A stretch of DNA of 64,000 nucleotides from an uncultured Chloroflexia bacterium (GTDB lineage Bacteria > Chloroflexota > Dehalococcoidia > UBA2979). The stretch is taken from assembly GCA_963728205.1 (NCBI GenBank), contig CAVSIV010000001.1:800001-864000 (forward strand), in the 5' to 3' direction. The notes under the pieces were generated by a model that had not been told where the DNA came from, did not search any database, and saw only the letters and a list, made by a program, of their open reading frames with translations. The position numbers were made by a program, and so were the translations under genes. Positions 63,566-64,000 of the stretch are shown here, piece by piece; position 1 is the first letter of the stretch; every line of letters starts with the position of its first letter.

Positions 63566-64000
63566 ATGCCCCTCCAGGTTGGCGACGCCGCCGTGACCAT
63601 CGTGCAGGAGCTGGCGATGCCGACTTCGGCACGCTGGCTGTTCCCCGACGCGCCCGACCCGTTCGCGATCCTCGAGCGCGCCCGGCCGTGGCTCGAGCCG
63701 CACTTCCTTGATGCCGACGGGCACCTCGTGCAGAGCATCCAGTCGTACGTCGTGCGCACGCCCGGGATGCTCGTCGTGATCGACACCGGCATCGGCAACG
63801 ACAAGCACCGGCCGGGCGGCTTCGCCGGCTGGGACATGCGCAGCGGGCCGTTCCTCGACGACCTGCGCGCGGCCGGGTGCGCGCCGGAGGAGGTCGACGT
63901 CGTCCTCAACACGCACATGCACGGGGACCACGTGGGATGGAACACGCGGCTGGTGGACGGCCGCTGGGTGCCGACGTTCCCGAATGCGCGCTACGTCTTC
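63566..64000 (+). CDS. MBL-fold metallo-hydrolase (AHL-lactonase/OPH-like), 3' end outside window
   Basis: GAGGAG RBS; IDTGIGNDK, THMHGDHVGWN, FPNARY. Confidence 0.88.
   Translation, partial: MPLQVGDAAVTIVQELAMPTSARWLFPDAPDPFAILERARPWLEPHFLDADGHLVQSIQSYVVRTPGMLVVIDTGIGNDKHRPGGFAGWDMRSGPFLDDLRAAGCAPEEVDVVLNTHMHGDHVGWNTRLVDGRWVPTFPNARYVF

Overview
This is a very GC-rich bacterial window. The recA-recX-rny-PHP and yggS-proC-yggT gene order, plus many CoA-transferases and acyl-CoA enzymes, suggests Chloroflexota (Dehalococcoidia/Tepidiforma-like); this assignment is inference. In order, it contains: the 3' end of a TrpB2-type gene; an ArsR/rhodanese/TauE/MBL-rhodanese sulfur cluster; a secreted beta-lactamase-fold protein with a non-canonical active site; a complete 9-gene V/A-type ATPase operon with a shortened subunit I; and catabolic genes (crotonase, two acyl-CoA dehydrogenases, thiolase, CaiB/BaiF transferases, CocE hydrolase, MFS, ABC substrate-binding protein). 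Further on are two divergent GT-C-like membrane proteins, a ~6.4 kb integrase-less island at tRNA-Asp(GTC) carrying DUF2254-like, UbiA-like and UbiE-like genes plus an IS21 element, and housekeeping genes with a perfect LexA box at recA. Non-coding DNA holds a dispersed family of REPIN-like paired palindromes, two other short repeat types and three eroded gene remnants. Three genes are frameshifted, which may be real or sequencing error. All products are assigned from recognised motifs; no database searches were run.
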